In this document: positions 63,825-64,000 of the stretch, in pieces
How the letters are laid out: each line of letters begins with the position of its first letter
Position numbering within the stretch: position 1 is the first letter of the stretch
From: the human T2T-CHM13v2.0 reference genome, Homo sapiens
Direction: 5' to 3' (one strand)
NCBI RefSeq assembly: GCF_009914755.1
Contig: NC_060930.1
DNA length: 64,000 nt
Notes under the pieces: generated by a model
The model's input: the letters and a program-made list of their open reading frames with translations, nothing else
What the model was told of the DNA's origin: nothing
The model's database searches: none
Made by a program: the position numbers and the translations under genes

Positions 63825-64000
63825 AAGAACGGATTGCTAGCCTGCAAACCTACTGGCTTCCTCCCACCTGGGTCCCTTGCATGGTGGAAGTTACAGCATT
63901 CAGCTGCGATTCATTGCACGCTTGCTCTGCCCCAGGTGCTGTGCTAAACCCTCTCTAGGGATCACCTGTCTCCTTCCCAGGAAGGTACAGTGCGGGTACC

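Noticed and set aside
63539-63847. 102-aa minus ORF overlapping the FARP1 exon
   Set aside because: Different frame from the FARP1 peptide; runs through the minisatellite and intron

Overview
Primate (human-like) genomic DNA, AT-rich and roughly 60% interspersed repeats by eye. It contains a full-length decayed L1PA7-like LINE, several older L1s (L1MA/L1PB/L1ME), HAL1, L2, L3/CR1, MIRs, AluJ/S/Y elements, MaLR and ERV1 LTRs (including a complete THE1-type element with its TSD) and hAT DNA transposons. There is no intact protein-coding gene, and nearly all ORFs in the track are repeat-derived. Three non-repeat signals stand out. (1) At the right edge is an unprocessed, CpG-rich segment carrying a 69-nt exon with intact splice sites that encodes EFIRLGSLSKLSGKELQQRMFFL, the FARP1 PH-domain exon with one G>E change. 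The next FARP1 exon is absent, which suggests a duplicated or transduced FARP1 genomic fragment that the ORF track misses. (2) Two well-defined minus-strand candidate exons (111 and 300 nt) lie just downstream of the L1 antisense promoter and donor, suggesting an L1-driven chimeric transcript. (3) There is a strong CTCF site in a motif-rich unique block, plus several fold-back/templated-insertion scars. Repeat subfamily names come from recalled consensus sequences, and boundaries of old repeats are approximate.
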